From Oligoflexia bacterium (GTDB lineage Bacteria; Bdellovibrionota; UBA1018; CAIPTA01): a stretch of 64,000 nt of DNA. The stretch lies in the NCBI GenBank assembly GCA_903867855.1, contig CAIPTA010000064.1:4965-68964 (forward strand), in the 5' to 3' direction. The translations under genes were made by a program, and so were the position numbers. A model generated the notes under the pieces. That model was not told the origin of the DNA. It did no database searches and saw only the letters and a list, made by a program, of their open reading frames with translations. Positions 45,634-55,466 of the stretch are shown one piece after another (position 1 is the stretch's first letter; each line of letters opens with the position of its first letter).

Positions 45634-46173
45634 ATGGAAGAAATTGAAGTACCTCTCGAGAAAGTAACGGAAGACATGCACGAACACGCTCACCACGCCT
45701 CAGAATCTTGGGTGATGCGAGTGGCAATTTGTTCGGCATTTTTGGCTGCCCTAGCGGCGGTAGCGGCGATGCTGGCTGGCCATCACTCTAACGAGGCCAT
45801 GATCGATCAACTAAGGGCCTCCGATCAGTGGGGTTACTATCAGGCCAAAGGCGTAAAATCTGCCGTATTAGCCTCTCGTCTCGAGCTATTGCAAGCCTTG
45901 GGCAAGCCAGTGGCGGAAGAACAAAAGCAGAAGCTGGCTGAATATAAAAAAGAACAAGAAGAGATCTCTGAACGAGCCAAGGAGAAGGAGGCGGAATCCG
46001 CCAAGCACCTTTCTACGCATCAAATTCTGGCCCGCGCTGTTACTTTTTTTCAAGTGGCCATCGCCATTGGGGCCATTGCCGTATTGAGTCGTCGGCGCAG
46101 TTTTTTCCACGTGAGCCTCCTCTTTGGATTTTGTGGGCTTGGTTTTTTTATTGCTGCCTTTGTAATTCCATAG
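45634..46173 (+). CDS. DUF4337-family protein
   Basis: MEEIEVPLEKVTEDMHEHAHHA..., ASDQWGYYQAKGVK and a C-terminal TM pair. The start was moved from the track's 45418, which would overlap the opposite-strand gene. Confidence 0.65.
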   Translation: MEEIEVPLEKVTEDMHEHAHHASESWVMRVAICSAFLAALAAVAAMLAGHHSNEAMIDQLRASDQWGYYQAKGVKSAVLASRLELLQALGKPVAEEQKQKLAEYKKEQEEISERAKEKEAESAKHLSTHQILARAVTFFQVAIAIGAIAVLSRRRSFFHVSLLFGFCGLGFFIAAFVIP

Positions 46174-46207
46174 ACAAAACGGCATATTGTCGTAGTAGAC
46201 TGCGTCC

Positions 46208-46840
46208 ATGATGGCACATAAAGAACCAAAAATGATTGAGCGCGTCTACGGCAAGATCGGTCCGATCTATAATTTTATCTATGGCAAGCTTCTGTTCAAC
46301 GAAGGCAGAAGTGTGGCAATCAAGCTGCTGGAAATTAAGCCGGGAGCTAAAATTCTTGAAGTTGGCGTTGGCACAGGTCTCACCCTGCCGCTCTATCCTC
46401 ACGAGTGCGATATTATTGGAATCGATCTTTCAGAAAGCATGCTGAAGCAGGCTGAATCTCTGATGGAAGAGCGGGGCATTCATAATGCAAAAGTGCAGAT
46501 CATGGACGCCACAAAACTCGAGTTTCCAGATAACTGTTTTGATGGTGTGCTCGGCAATCTTTTTATTAGTGCCACCACCTACCCAGAAAAATCTTTGGAA
46601 GAAATGCGCCGCGTGTGCAAACCAGGTGGCATCATCGTGCTTATGAATCACTTTCGCAGTGAAAATCCTATTGTGGGTGCCATGGAAAATGCGCTTAACC
46701 CTGTGGCGAAGCGCCTCGGTTTCACTTCTAATCTAGAGATGGTGCCACTGCTCGGTCGTGTAGGCATGAAGGTTCGGAAGTCACAAAAAGTAAATGCCTT
46801 GAATTTGTGGACAGCCGTTTCCATGGTTAATGATAAATGA
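46208..46840 (+). CDS. class I SAM-dependent methyltransferase
   Basis: Motif I ILEVGVGTGL, then IIGIDLSESML and GGIIVLMNH. Confidence 0.8.
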   Translation: MMAHKEPKMIERVYGKIGPIYNFIYGKLLFNEGRSVAIKLLEIKPGAKILEVGVGTGLTLPLYPHECDIIGIDLSESMLKQAESLMEERGIHNAKVQIMDATKLEFPDNCFDGVLGNLFISATTYPEKSLEEMRRVCKPGGIIVLMNHFRSENPIVGAMENALNPVAKRLGFTSNLEMVPLLGRVGMKVRKSQKVNALNLWTAVSMVNDK

Positions 46841-47757
46841 AGAATGTGGTGATTGGAGCGAGCGGGCAAGTGGCTCGTGCGCTTCGCAATGAATTTGCCA
46901 AGCACGGCGAATCCGTTGTCTTTACCAGTTCTAAACCAAGCGCAGAGCAATTTTTAAATCTTTCCGACCTTGCCTCCATCGATAGCTTTTTTGCGAAGCA
47001 ATCCTTAGCAGCTGGCGCCCATATCTATCTCGTTGGCGCCCTCACGCATGTGGATCGCTGTGAAACAGAGCAGGCGCTTTGCCGCGCAATTAATGTTTTG
47101 GGGCCTGTGCGGGTGGGAGAGATCTGCGCAAAGCGCGGCTACAAACTTTGCTACTTTTCCTCGGAGTATGTATATGGCGAGGCTGAATATCAGGGTGGGA
47201 GAGTTGGCCCCTTCTTGGAAACTGATCCGGCCGCACCCACTTCGTATTATGGCGCTAGCAAATTAGAAGCGGAGCAATTGCTTCAGAAAATCCCCTCGCT
47301 GGATTTGTTGGTTATCCGCACTACCATGGTTTTTTCTTTTGATCAGGATGGCATGAATTATTTCATGCAGCTTTTCCGCCATTTACAGAAGCTAGAGCGA
47401 GGCGAGGCTTCGCCCACTTTTAAAATTCCTGTGGACCAGATTTCTACACCCACCTATGCGCCGGCCTTGGCTCAAGCCACGATAGCGCTGATGCAGATGG
47501 AAATGGGAATATTTCATGTGGTTGGAGAAGACTGCTTATCGAGAAAGGCTTTTTTGGAAAGAATTTGCCAAGAATTTGGCTTTTCGAAAGAGAAGTATTT
47601 GCCGGGGATTGAGTTTTTAGAAACAAAGCAATTGGGACAGGCCGCGAAGCGACCCTTAACTGCCGGATTGTCTGTGGAAAAAGCGAAGCGAGCGGGCGTG
47701 CGGATCTGGAATTTGGCAGAAGCCTTCCAAGAGATCCGCACTTTGCAAAAGAGTTAG
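46837..47757 (+). CDS. SDR-fold sugar-nucleotide reductase (RmlD/dTDP-4-dehydrorhamnose reductase-like)
   Basis: VVIGASGQVARAL, SSEYVYG and YGASKLEAE (YxxxK). ATGA overlap with the methyltransferase gene. Confidence 0.7.
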   Translation: MKNVVIGASGQVARALRNEFAKHGESVVFTSSKPSAEQFLNLSDLASIDSFFAKQSLAAGAHIYLVGALTHVDRCETEQALCRAINVLGPVRVGEICAKRGYKLCYFSSEYVYGEAEYQGGRVGPFLETDPAAPTSYYGASKLEAEQLLQKIPSLDLLVIRTTMVFSFDQDGMNYFMQLFRHLQKLERGEASPTFKIPVDQISTPTYAPALAQATIALMQMEMGIFHVVGEDCLSRKAFLERICQEFGFSKEKYLPGIEFLETKQLGQAAKRPLTAGLSVEKAKRAGVRIWNLAEAFQEIRTLQKS

Positions 47758-48599
47758 AAGCGGAACGATAGGCGTCCTGTGCCGCTGTTGCGTCCAAATA
47801 CGCGATCAATTTCAGCACCCAAACAGAAGAAGCCAAATCGTAGGTCAAACCCGGCGAGCAGCTGTGTGTCGGAGGGCTTAGAACCCGCCGATTGTGCACT
47901 GGATTGGCCAGGAATGGTGAAACCCAGAATGGTAGCGGTGCTGCTCGTGCTCGATACGGAGAGGGTACCATCGGCTTTGATCACGCCAATTCCTAGATAG
48001 GGCTCGAAGAATTCAATCTTCTTGCTGATCAAAAGTTGTCCGCCCATGATTTTATCATCAAAGTTCACCGTAGCTGCCACCGGAATATTGCTCGTGGTGG
48101 AGTTATTGATGGTTTGGGAAAAATCTAGGTGAGTCGAGTTATAGAATCCTTTCACTGCCAATGTCACCGGAAGATCCGTAAGCACGACATCGGTAAGTGT
48201 CCATTGAACCGCGCCACCAACTTCTCTTAGGTGCACGCTGCTTGCCGTAATGGTAGGTAGCACTGCGAGTTCCCCGGTAATTCCATAGGGAAGTCCAAGG
48301 CGGCCCACCACACTGGCATGAGGAAGTACGCTAACTTTGGTGCTGGCGCCGGCATTATTCACCAGTGTTTGAATATCTGGAGTATTCGTTACGCCGCCCA
48401 CAACGCCGAGCTCAAAGCCCCAAACAGACCCCAAGCTGGAGGCGGGCACTGGCACATGATAATTCATATCCGAAGATAGTTCCTTCACCACGTTGTTAAA
48501 GTCGTTTTGATTTAAGCTAGGAAAAGTAATCGCGGCTTGAGAAAGGGCGGGCAGAAAAAAACACAGACTAATTAGAATCCAGGATCTCGGAAAACGCAT
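47754..48599 (-). CDS. putative outer-membrane beta-barrel protein
   Basis: Signal peptide ...LPALSQA, alternating amphipathic strands, and a C-terminal ...GRLSFRF (terminal Phe). Confidence 0.55.
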   Translation of the reverse strand: MRFPRSWILISLCFFLPALSQAAITFPSLNQNDFNNVVKELSSDMNYHVPVPASSLGSVWGFELGVVGGVTNTPDIQTLVNNAGASTKVSVLPHASVVGRLGLPYGITGELAVLPTITASSVHLREVGGAVQWTLTDVVLTDLPVTLAVKGFYNSTHLDFSQTINNSTTSNIPVAATVNFDDKIMGGQLLISKKIEFFEPYLGIGVIKADGTLSVSSTSSTATILGFTIPGQSSAQSAGSKPSDTQLLAGFDLRFGFFCLGAEIDRVFGRNSGTGRLSFRF

Positions 48600-48683
48600 A
48601 TAACTCCTTTTTTACTTCCGCTTGCCCCGGATGATTCATTCATCAGGTGGAATGGCAATGCAGTCGTGCTACATTCCTTAAGT

Positions 48684-50102
48684 ATGTCAAAATCTGTGAA
48701 AAAAATCGTGAAAAATTCTTTTTTTCAGACCTTCGGCTCCTTTGGCGCATCCGGTCTGCAATTTGCGCTCACCGTGCGCTATGCAACCTTGCTTGGGCCC
48801 GCTCACTACGGATCGCTGAATACCTCTCTCGCTCAAGTTACCATTTGGAGCTTGCTTGTGGATCTGGGCCTTTCTAACGGCCTCATTGGCGCACTCACGG
48901 CGGCTCAAGGCGAGAAGAGTGAGCTTGCGCGTCAGGGATTTCGCTCTCGCGACCTCTTAGCGCGTGTGCTCTTTATTCGTTTGGCAGGCGCCTTTATTGG
49001 CAGTGCCGTGGTTTTCTTCTTTGCTTGGCTACACGCTAGCAGTCAAGGGCAATTCTCCACCGAACAATTTCACCAAGATATAGCCTATACACCATTTTTA
49101 TTTGCTCTAGCCATGCAACAAACAGCGATCGCCTATAGTAGTTTTCGCGGACGGCAGGGGCTCGCCGTATTTAGTATGCTGAGCGGAATTTTTTGTTCCG
49201 TTTCGAGTGCGATCTTTCTCGCTTGGAAAGGGTATGCCATCACATGGCTTCTGCTCGCTCAGAGTTGGGGTGGATTTCTTACTACAGCAATTTTATTTAG
49301 TGTCTTTGCTTTGCAAAAAGCTGCTTTGCCAGAGGCGGCGGAAAGTACGCGTCGCTTAGAGAAAAAACGCAGGGGACCTTGGGGTGGAGAAGCCTGGCGC
49401 GCGCTTGGGCAGGATGCTTGGCCCTATGCCATAACCTTTGCTGCTGCCGTGCTGTGGCAGCGTCTCGATCAAATTGTGGCCTCTCGTTTTCTGGGGATGG
49501 AATCCGCGGGGCAATATGCTCTTGCTGTGCGACTCGTTGCCATTCCGGTCTTGATTGCCACCTCCATTTCCTTCGCCGCCTTTCCAGATTTACAGCGCAT
49601 AGGTCGTGATGCGCCTGAAAAAATCATTCCCTATCTAGGTGCCGTATCGAAGTTTCTCTATCGCTATGGAATTTTTCTCGCTGCCCTCATGCTTTTTGGC
49701 GTTGCTGCCTTGGTGGGGCCGCTGGTGCCGAAATTTGGTCCCGCACTGCACCTTCTGCCTTGGTTCATCCCGGGTATATGGGCATTTTGGATTCACAGCT
49801 TTATCGTGAATGCGTTATTTGCCTTCCGTCGCTATTGGGCCGTGGTGAATGCGCACCTAGTGGCACTCGCTGCCTATCTAGTTATGCTACCGATTTTGGC
49901 AAAACTCTTTGGGCTCCCAGGTGTGGCTTGGGGTTGCAATGTTTTTCCGCTAGTGCTTCTATTTGTCTGCCTACTTCGGTTACGGGAAACAGAGCTTGTG
50001 GGCGAGCGCTTTTCTTTATTTGCAAAATTCACCGAAACTGAAATTGAGCTACTCCAAAAAGTGGGCGAAAAGTTTATACCTAGAGGTTTACTACGCCGAT
50101 GA
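48684..50102 (+). CDS. MOP-superfamily polysaccharide flippase (Wzx-like)
   Basis: About 12-14 TM helices. The N-terminal KNSFFQTFGSFGASGLQFALTVRYATLLGPAHYG is typical of polysaccharide biosynthesis (Wzx) proteins. I prefer ATG at 48684 over GTG at 48666. Confidence 0.7.
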   Translation: MSKSVKKIVKNSFFQTFGSFGASGLQFALTVRYATLLGPAHYGSLNTSLAQVTIWSLLVDLGLSNGLIGALTAAQGEKSELARQGFRSRDLLARVLFIRLAGAFIGSAVVFFFAWLHASSQGQFSTEQFHQDIAYTPFLFALAMQQTAIAYSSFRGRQGLAVFSMLSGIFCSVSSAIFLAWKGYAITWLLLAQSWGGFLTTAILFSVFALQKAALPEAAESTRRLEKKRRGPWGGEAWRALGQDAWPYAITFAAAVLWQRLDQIVASRFLGMESAGQYALAVRLVAIPVLIATSISFAAFPDLQRIGRDAPEKIIPYLGAVSKFLYRYGIFLAALMLFGVAALVGPLVPKFGPALHLLPWFIPGIWAFWIHSFIVNALFAFRRYWAVVNAHLVALAAYLVMLPILAKLFGLPGVAWGCNVFPLVLLFVCLLRLRETELVGERFSLFAKFTETEIELLQKVGEKFIPRGLLRR

Positions 50103-51325
50103 TAGACATTTCCTCAAAGAGTTATCGCAAGTGGGCGGTATGGCTTTGGAGTTTTGGATTTGCTATTGCCGCTGCAGATAGACTCTCCGTCGCCTTAGGA
50201 TCCTTGCAAATTTCCTATAGCTATTTCTTTTTTACACTAGCGTTCATTCTGTGTTTATTGGCCGAGAAAAAAGAATTTAGTTTGCGGGTGGCATTGTATC
50301 GAATCCATGATGTGGCCATTTATGGTCCATGGCGCTTTCTACTGCTTTATCTATTATGGACGGCAATTTTCGCTCCCTTCACGAATGATAGGGTTACTTC
50401 CATTATTTTTAATCTCGGCGGATGGTTTTCGCTTCTGGCCGTGGGTTTTTCCGCGGAGCTCATTCTGTGCGAACGAAGTATACGAGGTTCTGTGTTTGTT
50501 CCCGAGCGCTTGCGAATTCCGTTTCTCTTGTATTCGCTCGCCATGATTCTGCTTTTTTTCTTATTCGGTCTACGCCTTTTTTTTCCAAATTCTGGACTAC
50601 CAAATCTAAACCAAGATCCCGTGAATCTGTTGCTCTATTTTAGCTTTGGATTCCCTTTTCTGCTCTGGGATTTTTTGAAAGCGCATCGTCGATTGATCGC
50701 CCGACGCTATAGCGGCCTTGCGATTATTTTTGGAATGGCAGTGCTGATACTTATTGGACGCCGCTTTTTCTATCTTTCTGCTATATTTTTCTTAGCCTCT
50801 CTCGCGAGTCTTACGCTGTATAAAGAGCGGGGCCGCTTGCGCTTCTTTTTGCCACTACTCAGTTTGTCCGCGCTGTGTTTTGCTTTTGTGGCCGTATTTT
50901 ATCTTTATATGAGTAAGAACACTACGAGCTTGCTTGCCCACGAATTTTTGCGCGCTCGCGAACTTGTGGAATTGCGTTTACTAACCACTATCACCAATAC
51001 CTGGGATGCGCTTTGGCACACTCGATTTTTAGGGCTCGGCCTGGGCCTTTCACCCTTACAGCGAGGCTTGTGGTCGCGCCTGCTCGTGGAATCTGGGGTG
51101 GTGGGATTTGTTCTCTACGGATGCTATTTTGCAGATCTCTTGCTGGGGCTCTATCGTGTGCGGCACGCGCCTCGTGTGATCGTTTCCAATGTGGCTTTTC
51201 TCTCCGCTCTTTATTTTATCTTCATCGGAAATCGCTATTTGCTGAATCCCTATGGAGCCTATATTTGGGCGTGGTATGCCATCTGGACTGTTTTCTCCGC
51301 TTACTATAGAAAGAAGGAAGTATGA
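50099..51325 (+). CDS. polytopic membrane protein, O-antigen polymerase/ligase (Wzy-like)
   Basis: At least 10 TM helices and a large late periplasmic loop. ATGA overlaps with both neighbours (Wzx-like and GT4). Confidence 0.5.
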   Translation: MIDISSKSYRKWAVWLWSFGFAIAAADRLSVALGSLQISYSYFFFTLAFILCLLAEKKEFSLRVALYRIHDVAIYGPWRFLLLYLLWTAIFAPFTNDRVTSIIFNLGGWFSLLAVGFSAELILCERSIRGSVFVPERLRIPFLLYSLAMILLFFLFGLRLFFPNSGLPNLNQDPVNLLLYFSFGFPFLLWDFLKAHRRLIARRYSGLAIIFGMAVLILIGRRFFYLSAIFFLASLASLTLYKERGRLRFFLPLLSLSALCFAFVAVFYLYMSKNTTSLLAHEFLRARELVELRLLTTITNTWDALWHTRFLGLGLGLSPLQRGLWSRLLVESGVVGFVLYGCYFADLLLGLYRVRHAPRVIVSNVAFLSALYFIFIGNRYLLNPYGAYIWAWYAIWTVFSAYYRKKEV

Positions 51326-52398
51326 AAATACTGTTTCTTTCTCATCAATCAGAATTCATTTATGGCGGTGAAATATGCACATTGGAATTGATGCGAAGCC
51401 TGAAGGAAAGGGGCGTAGATGTTTTTTTTGCCGCGCCTCCCGGGCCTTACTTTGAAAGAGCCAAAGAAGTGGCCAAGTGTTTTCCTATTTCCAGTATTCA
51501 GTTTCAAAGAAAGTTGCGCAGCCTCCCTAAATTTTTTACAGCATTTAATTCTACTCACCGCGAACTTCGAAAAATTTTGAAGGAGAATGATATTGACCTC
51601 CTTCATGCCACTAGTCTGAAGGCCACCGTTTACACTATTGGACTTTCAAAAACTCCCGTGATTTGGCATCACCATGATATCTTGCCAAAGAGTTTTTCGA
51701 ATCGAAAGTGGTTGCGATTCATTGGAAGATTTTCGGCTCAAATTTTTACTCCCTCTGAGGCTGCGCGAGTGGCGCTTATCGAGGCAGGAATTTTGAAAGA
51801 AAAAGTTTCTACTATCTATAATGGTTTTGCGCTCTCCAATTGGAAGCCGAGAGATCACACCCTTGGCTATAAAATTCATTTAGCTACGATAGGAGAGATT
51901 TCGTATCGCAAGGGTAGCGATTGGCTTAAATCTACGTCCGAATTGCTCGGCAAATTTGGAATGGAATTTGAGTGGAAGGTGATTGGGGCAGGATTATCTG
52001 ATCCTGAATTTGCGCGCAAGGTGGAGCAGGATTGTGCTTCGATATCCCAAATCAGCTTTCTCGGGAGACGAAATGATGTGGCCAAAATTCTACAAGAAAC
52101 AGATTTCTTGATCACACCAAGCAGACAAGATCCACTGCCCACAGTAATCGTGGAGGCATTTCTTTCGGGAGTGCCTGCGATTGGTACCAAAGTTGGAGGC
52201 ATTCCTGAAATGATCCAAGATGGCGTGAATGGTTTTCTTGTGGATTCACCAGAAGAGTTAGTGGAAAAGCTTCGAAGCTTAAATCCCGACCGCTACCGAT
52301 CTCTGGCGCTTTCTGCACGGGAAACGGCTGAAAAAATGTTTTCCTCAGCATTCATGGCCGAGTGTGTGCAGGATAGGTATAAAAAAATTATCGGTTAG
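51322..52398 (+). CDS. family-4 (GT-B) glycosyltransferase
   Basis: MKILFLSHQSEFIYGGE..., and the C-terminal DPLPTVIVEAFLSGVPAIGTKVGGIPEMI (EX7E). Confidence 0.85.
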   Translation: MKILFLSHQSEFIYGGEICTLELMRSLKERGVDVFFAAPPGPYFERAKEVAKCFPISSIQFQRKLRSLPKFFTAFNSTHRELRKILKENDIDLLHATSLKATVYTIGLSKTPVIWHHHDILPKSFSNRKWLRFIGRFSAQIFTPSEAARVALIEAGILKEKVSTIYNGFALSNWKPRDHTLGYKIHLATIGEISYRKGSDWLKSTSELLGKFGMEFEWKVIGAGLSDPEFARKVEQDCASISQISFLGRRNDVAKILQETDFLITPSRQDPLPTVIVEAFLSGVPAIGTKVGGIPEMIQDGVNGFLVDSPEELVEKLRSLNPDRYRSLALSARETAEKMFSSAFMAECVQDRYKKIIG

Positions 52399-52400
52399 TT

Positions 52401-52667
52401 TCAGTCTTGGAATTCAAAGAGAAGCTCATCAGACGCCACCATCGATAAGCTCTTTCGGATGGTTTGCTCTAGGTATTGTGGGCTCTTGCCAATCAACTCA
52501 ATTTGGCTCGCCATTTTCGTATTCTCTTCTTCCAGTTTCGTGATGCGTGCCTCTAGGCGAGCATTCTCTTGGCTTTTCTTGTAGGCCGAGAGCACTCCCG
52601 CTTCGCCGAATACCACGATGCCGAAGGAGATCACGAAGGCGGCGAGGAAAATATAGCCTAGTTTCAA
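52401..52667 (-). CDS. ftsB: septum formation initiator (FtsB/DivIC family)
   Basis: 88 aa with an N-terminal TM plus a leucine-zipper coiled coil. 4-nt overlap immediately downstream of eno, which is the common eno-ftsB synteny. Confidence 0.7.
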   Translation of the reverse strand: MKLGYIFLAAFVISFGIVVFGEAGVLSAYKKSQENARLEARITKLEEENTKMASQIELIGKSPQYLEQTIRKSLSMVASDELLFEFQD

Positions 52668-54001
52668 AACTTCATTCCCAGCGATTGTAGGCCATTAAAG
52701 CGTGCGTTCGAGCCGAGACTCTCTTCGATGCGGAGTAGTTCATTATACTTCGCCATGCGCTCGCCGCGAGAGGCGGAGCCGGTTTTTACGAGGCCTGAAT
52801 CAGTGGCCACCGCAAGCTCGGCGAGGAAGCTATCATCTGTTTCACCACTGCGGTGGGAGACGATGGTATTGTAGTGATTTTTTCTAGCCAAGGCCATCGT
52901 AGTAAGCGTTTCGCTGATCGTGCCGATTTGATTGATCTTAATCAGAATCGCATTCCCCACTTTTTTCTCGATGCCTTCCTTCAAGATTTTTTGGTTGGTC
53001 ACAAAAATATCATCGCCAACGAGCATGGTTTTTTTGCCGAGCTCTTTGGTGAGGAGAGTCCATCCTTCCCAATCCGATTCGCCAAGACCATCTTCAATGG
53101 AGACAATCGGATACTTCATGCAGAGCGTGGAATAATAATTCACGAGTTCTGCAGAGCTCATCTTGGATTGGGGGGCGCCTTGCATTTGGTAACTGCCATC
53201 TTTTTCGCGGAATTCGCTGGCGGCACAATCGAGAGCCAAGTAGACATCTTGCCCTGGACGATATCCAGCTTTCGCAATCGCCTCTAGGATCATTTCGAAG
53301 GCTTCCTCGTTAGAATTGATGGAGGGAGCAAAACCACCTTCATCGCCCACGTTAGTGGAAAGTTTATTTTCGTGGAGCACTTTTTTGAGCTGATGGAAAA
53401 CTTCTACGCCGGCGCGGAGGGATTCGTGAAAGGAGCGCCCAATGGATGGGATAATCATGAATTCTTGGATGGAAAGATTATTATCCGCGTGCTTGCCGCC
53501 ATTGATAATATTCATCATCGGAGTAGGAATGGTAACACCGCGATAAGGAATTCCGCGATCGGTTTTCAAAAATTGATCGTAGTAGCAGGCTTCCAAGTAG
53601 GAGTGTAGGGAGATTTTTTTGCTAGCTGCAATCGCGCGACAAAAGGCCATGGAAACGCCCAAAATCGCGTTCGCGCCGAGTTTGGTTTTCATGTCGGTGC
53701 CATCTAAATCCAGCATCACCTGATCAATAGCCGAGATATCGGAAAATTCTTTGCCCACTAAGGCGGGGGCAATCTTTTGATTCACATTCCCTACGGCTTT
53801 TAGCACGCCTTTGCCGAGGTAGCGGCCCTTGTCGTCGTCGCGAAGTTCAAGCGCCTCTCTCGAACCGGTGGATGCACCACTTGGCACCGAGGCTCTGCCG
53901 AAGGAGCCATCGTCGAGAGAAAGTTCTGCTTCCAGGGTTGGATTTCCGCGAGAGTCTAAAATTTCGCGAGCATGAATTTTTTTAATTTTCGGCATAGGCA
54001 T
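52664..54001 (-). CDS. eno: enolase
   Basis: IHAREILDSRGNPTLEAE, SGASTG, GDDIFVTN, IKINQIGT and SHRSGETDD. Confidence 0.95.
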   Translation of the reverse strand: MPMPKIKKIHAREILDSRGNPTLEAELSLDDGSFGRASVPSGASTGSREALELRDDDKGRYLGKGVLKAVGNVNQKIAPALVGKEFSDISAIDQVMLDLDGTDMKTKLGANAILGVSMAFCRAIAASKKISLHSYLEACYYDQFLKTDRGIPYRGVTIPTPMMNIINGGKHADNNLSIQEFMIIPSIGRSFHESLRAGVEVFHQLKKVLHENKLSTNVGDEGGFAPSINSNEEAFEMILEAIAKAGYRPGQDVYLALDCAASEFREKDGSYQMQGAPQSKMSSAELVNYYSTLCMKYPIVSIEDGLGESDWEGWTLLTKELGKKTMLVGDDIFVTNQKILKEGIEKKVGNAILIKINQIGTISETLTTMALARKNHYNTIVSHRSGETDDSFLAELAVATDSGLVKTGSASRGERMAKYNELLRIEESLGSNARFNGLQSLGMKF

Positions 54002-54031
54002 ATCCTCTTTCGTTTGAAAGAGAATAGCATG

Positions 54032-55426
54032 TTACAGCGCCACACGCTCCGCAAAAGGAGTGGCATTTTTGAGGCAAGCATGGCCGATCATTTCTCGTTT
54101 TTCTGCTTTTGGGATTTTCTTTTTATACTTGAGCTGCAGCTCAGCGAGCACTTCAGGAAAATTGCTTTCCTCGAAGAGGCTAAAATTGATGCCAGAGGGT
54201 TGGTAATCCATATTCCGTGTATTTCCTACGTGGCCAAGCAGAGCACCGAGAGCCGTTGCTGCTGGTGGGCAAGGCACAGGGCGATTTTCTAGACGCGCCG
54301 CCATAAATAAAGCAGCCATCATTCCCGTGGCAGCAGATTCCATATAGCCCTCTACGCCGGTAATTTGTCCGGCGAGAATCACATGCCGTGCATTTTTCAG
54401 CGAGAGATCTGGAAGAAGCACTCTTGGCGCATCCACAAAAGAATTACGGTGCATGCTGCCGAGGCGCAAAAATTCTGCATTCTCTAAACCAGGAATCGTG
54501 CGAAATACTTTCGTCTGCTCGCCGTATTTTAGCTTCGTTTGAAAGCCCACAATATTATAGGCCGTTTTCGATTTATTTTCCGGACGCAACTGCACCACTG
54601 CATAGGGATATCTTCCCGTGCGCGGATCATCTAAGCCCACGGGTTTCATGGGTCCATGGCGAAGCGTTTCATGGCCGCGATCTGCCATCTCTTCAATCGG
54701 CATACAGCCTTCAAAGTGTTTCATGCGTTCAAAGGATTTAGCTTCCACGCGTTCAGAGCTTAAGAGCAGTGAAATAAAATTATCGTATTCTTCTTTATTG
54801 AGCGGACAATTTAGATAGTCCCCCGAATCCGAAGCAGGCTCTGTGTTTTCGAGAGATCTAGTTTGTTTGCCGTAGCGATTCGCCTCAAATACCTTTTCGA
54901 AATTCACGCTCGAAGTATCCACGATCGGACTAATCGCATCGTAGAAATAAAAATTTCCTTCGCCGGTTACTTTGCGGAGGGATTCGCTTAACGATGCGCT
55001 CGTGAGCGGACCAGTAGCGAGAATCGTGAAATCAGTTGGGTCATCAGGAAGGGATAAAATTTCTTCTCGTGAAATTGTGATGAGTGGATGAGTGCTGATT
55101 GCATTCGTAATATATTCAGAGAATTTCACTCGATCTACGGCGAGCGCTTCTCCAGCACCGATCGCGGCATCCCTCGCGGCACGAATAGAAAGGGAGCCAA
55201 GCATTTCCATTTCGCGCTTCAGGATTCCTGGAGCGGTGGCGAGATTAAGGGATTTGAAAGAATTCGAACAGACGAGCTCTGCTAAACGATCCGTTTCATG
55301 GGCTTCCGTTTTTTGCACCGGACGCATTTCATAGAGTTTTACAGGGATACCGCGCTCCGCGAGCCAAAAAGCTGCTTCACTGCCGGCCAATCCGCCGCCG
55401 ATTACTTTCACTGATTTCTTTTGCAT
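54032..55426 (-). CDS. trmFO: methylenetetrahydrofolate--tRNA-(uracil-5-)-methyltransferase
   Basis: VKVIGGGLAGSEAAFWLA, LVCSNSFKS and GQITGVEGYMESAATG. ATG at 55426. The track's longer ORF (to 55528) would overlap the next gene. Confidence 0.9.
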   Translation of the reverse strand: MQKKSVKVIGGGLAGSEAAFWLAERGIPVKLYEMRPVQKTEAHETDRLAELVCSNSFKSLNLATAPGILKREMEMLGSLSIRAARDAAIGAGEALAVDRVKFSEYITNAISTHPLITISREEILSLPDDPTDFTILATGPLTSASLSESLRKVTGEGNFYFYDAISPIVDTSSVNFEKVFEANRYGKQTRSLENTEPASDSGDYLNCPLNKEEYDNFISLLLSSERVEAKSFERMKHFEGCMPIEEMADRGHETLRHGPMKPVGLDDPRTGRYPYAVVQLRPENKSKTAYNIVGFQTKLKYGEQTKVFRTIPGLENAEFLRLGSMHRNSFVDAPRVLLPDLSLKNARHVILAGQITGVEGYMESAATGMMAALFMAARLENRPVPCPPAATALGALLGHVGNTRNMDYQPSGINFSLFEESNFPEVLAELQLKYKKKIPKAEKREMIGHACLKNATPFAERVAL

Positions 55427-55466
55427 AGAGCGGTTTTTAGCAGTTGAAGCAGTAAAAGGGAAGGCT

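Noticed and set aside
47444-47971. 175-aa minus-strand ORF overlapping the RmlD-like and OMP genes
   Set aside because: It overlaps two better-supported genes, and its Pro/Ser/Arg-rich translation suggests a non-coding frame.
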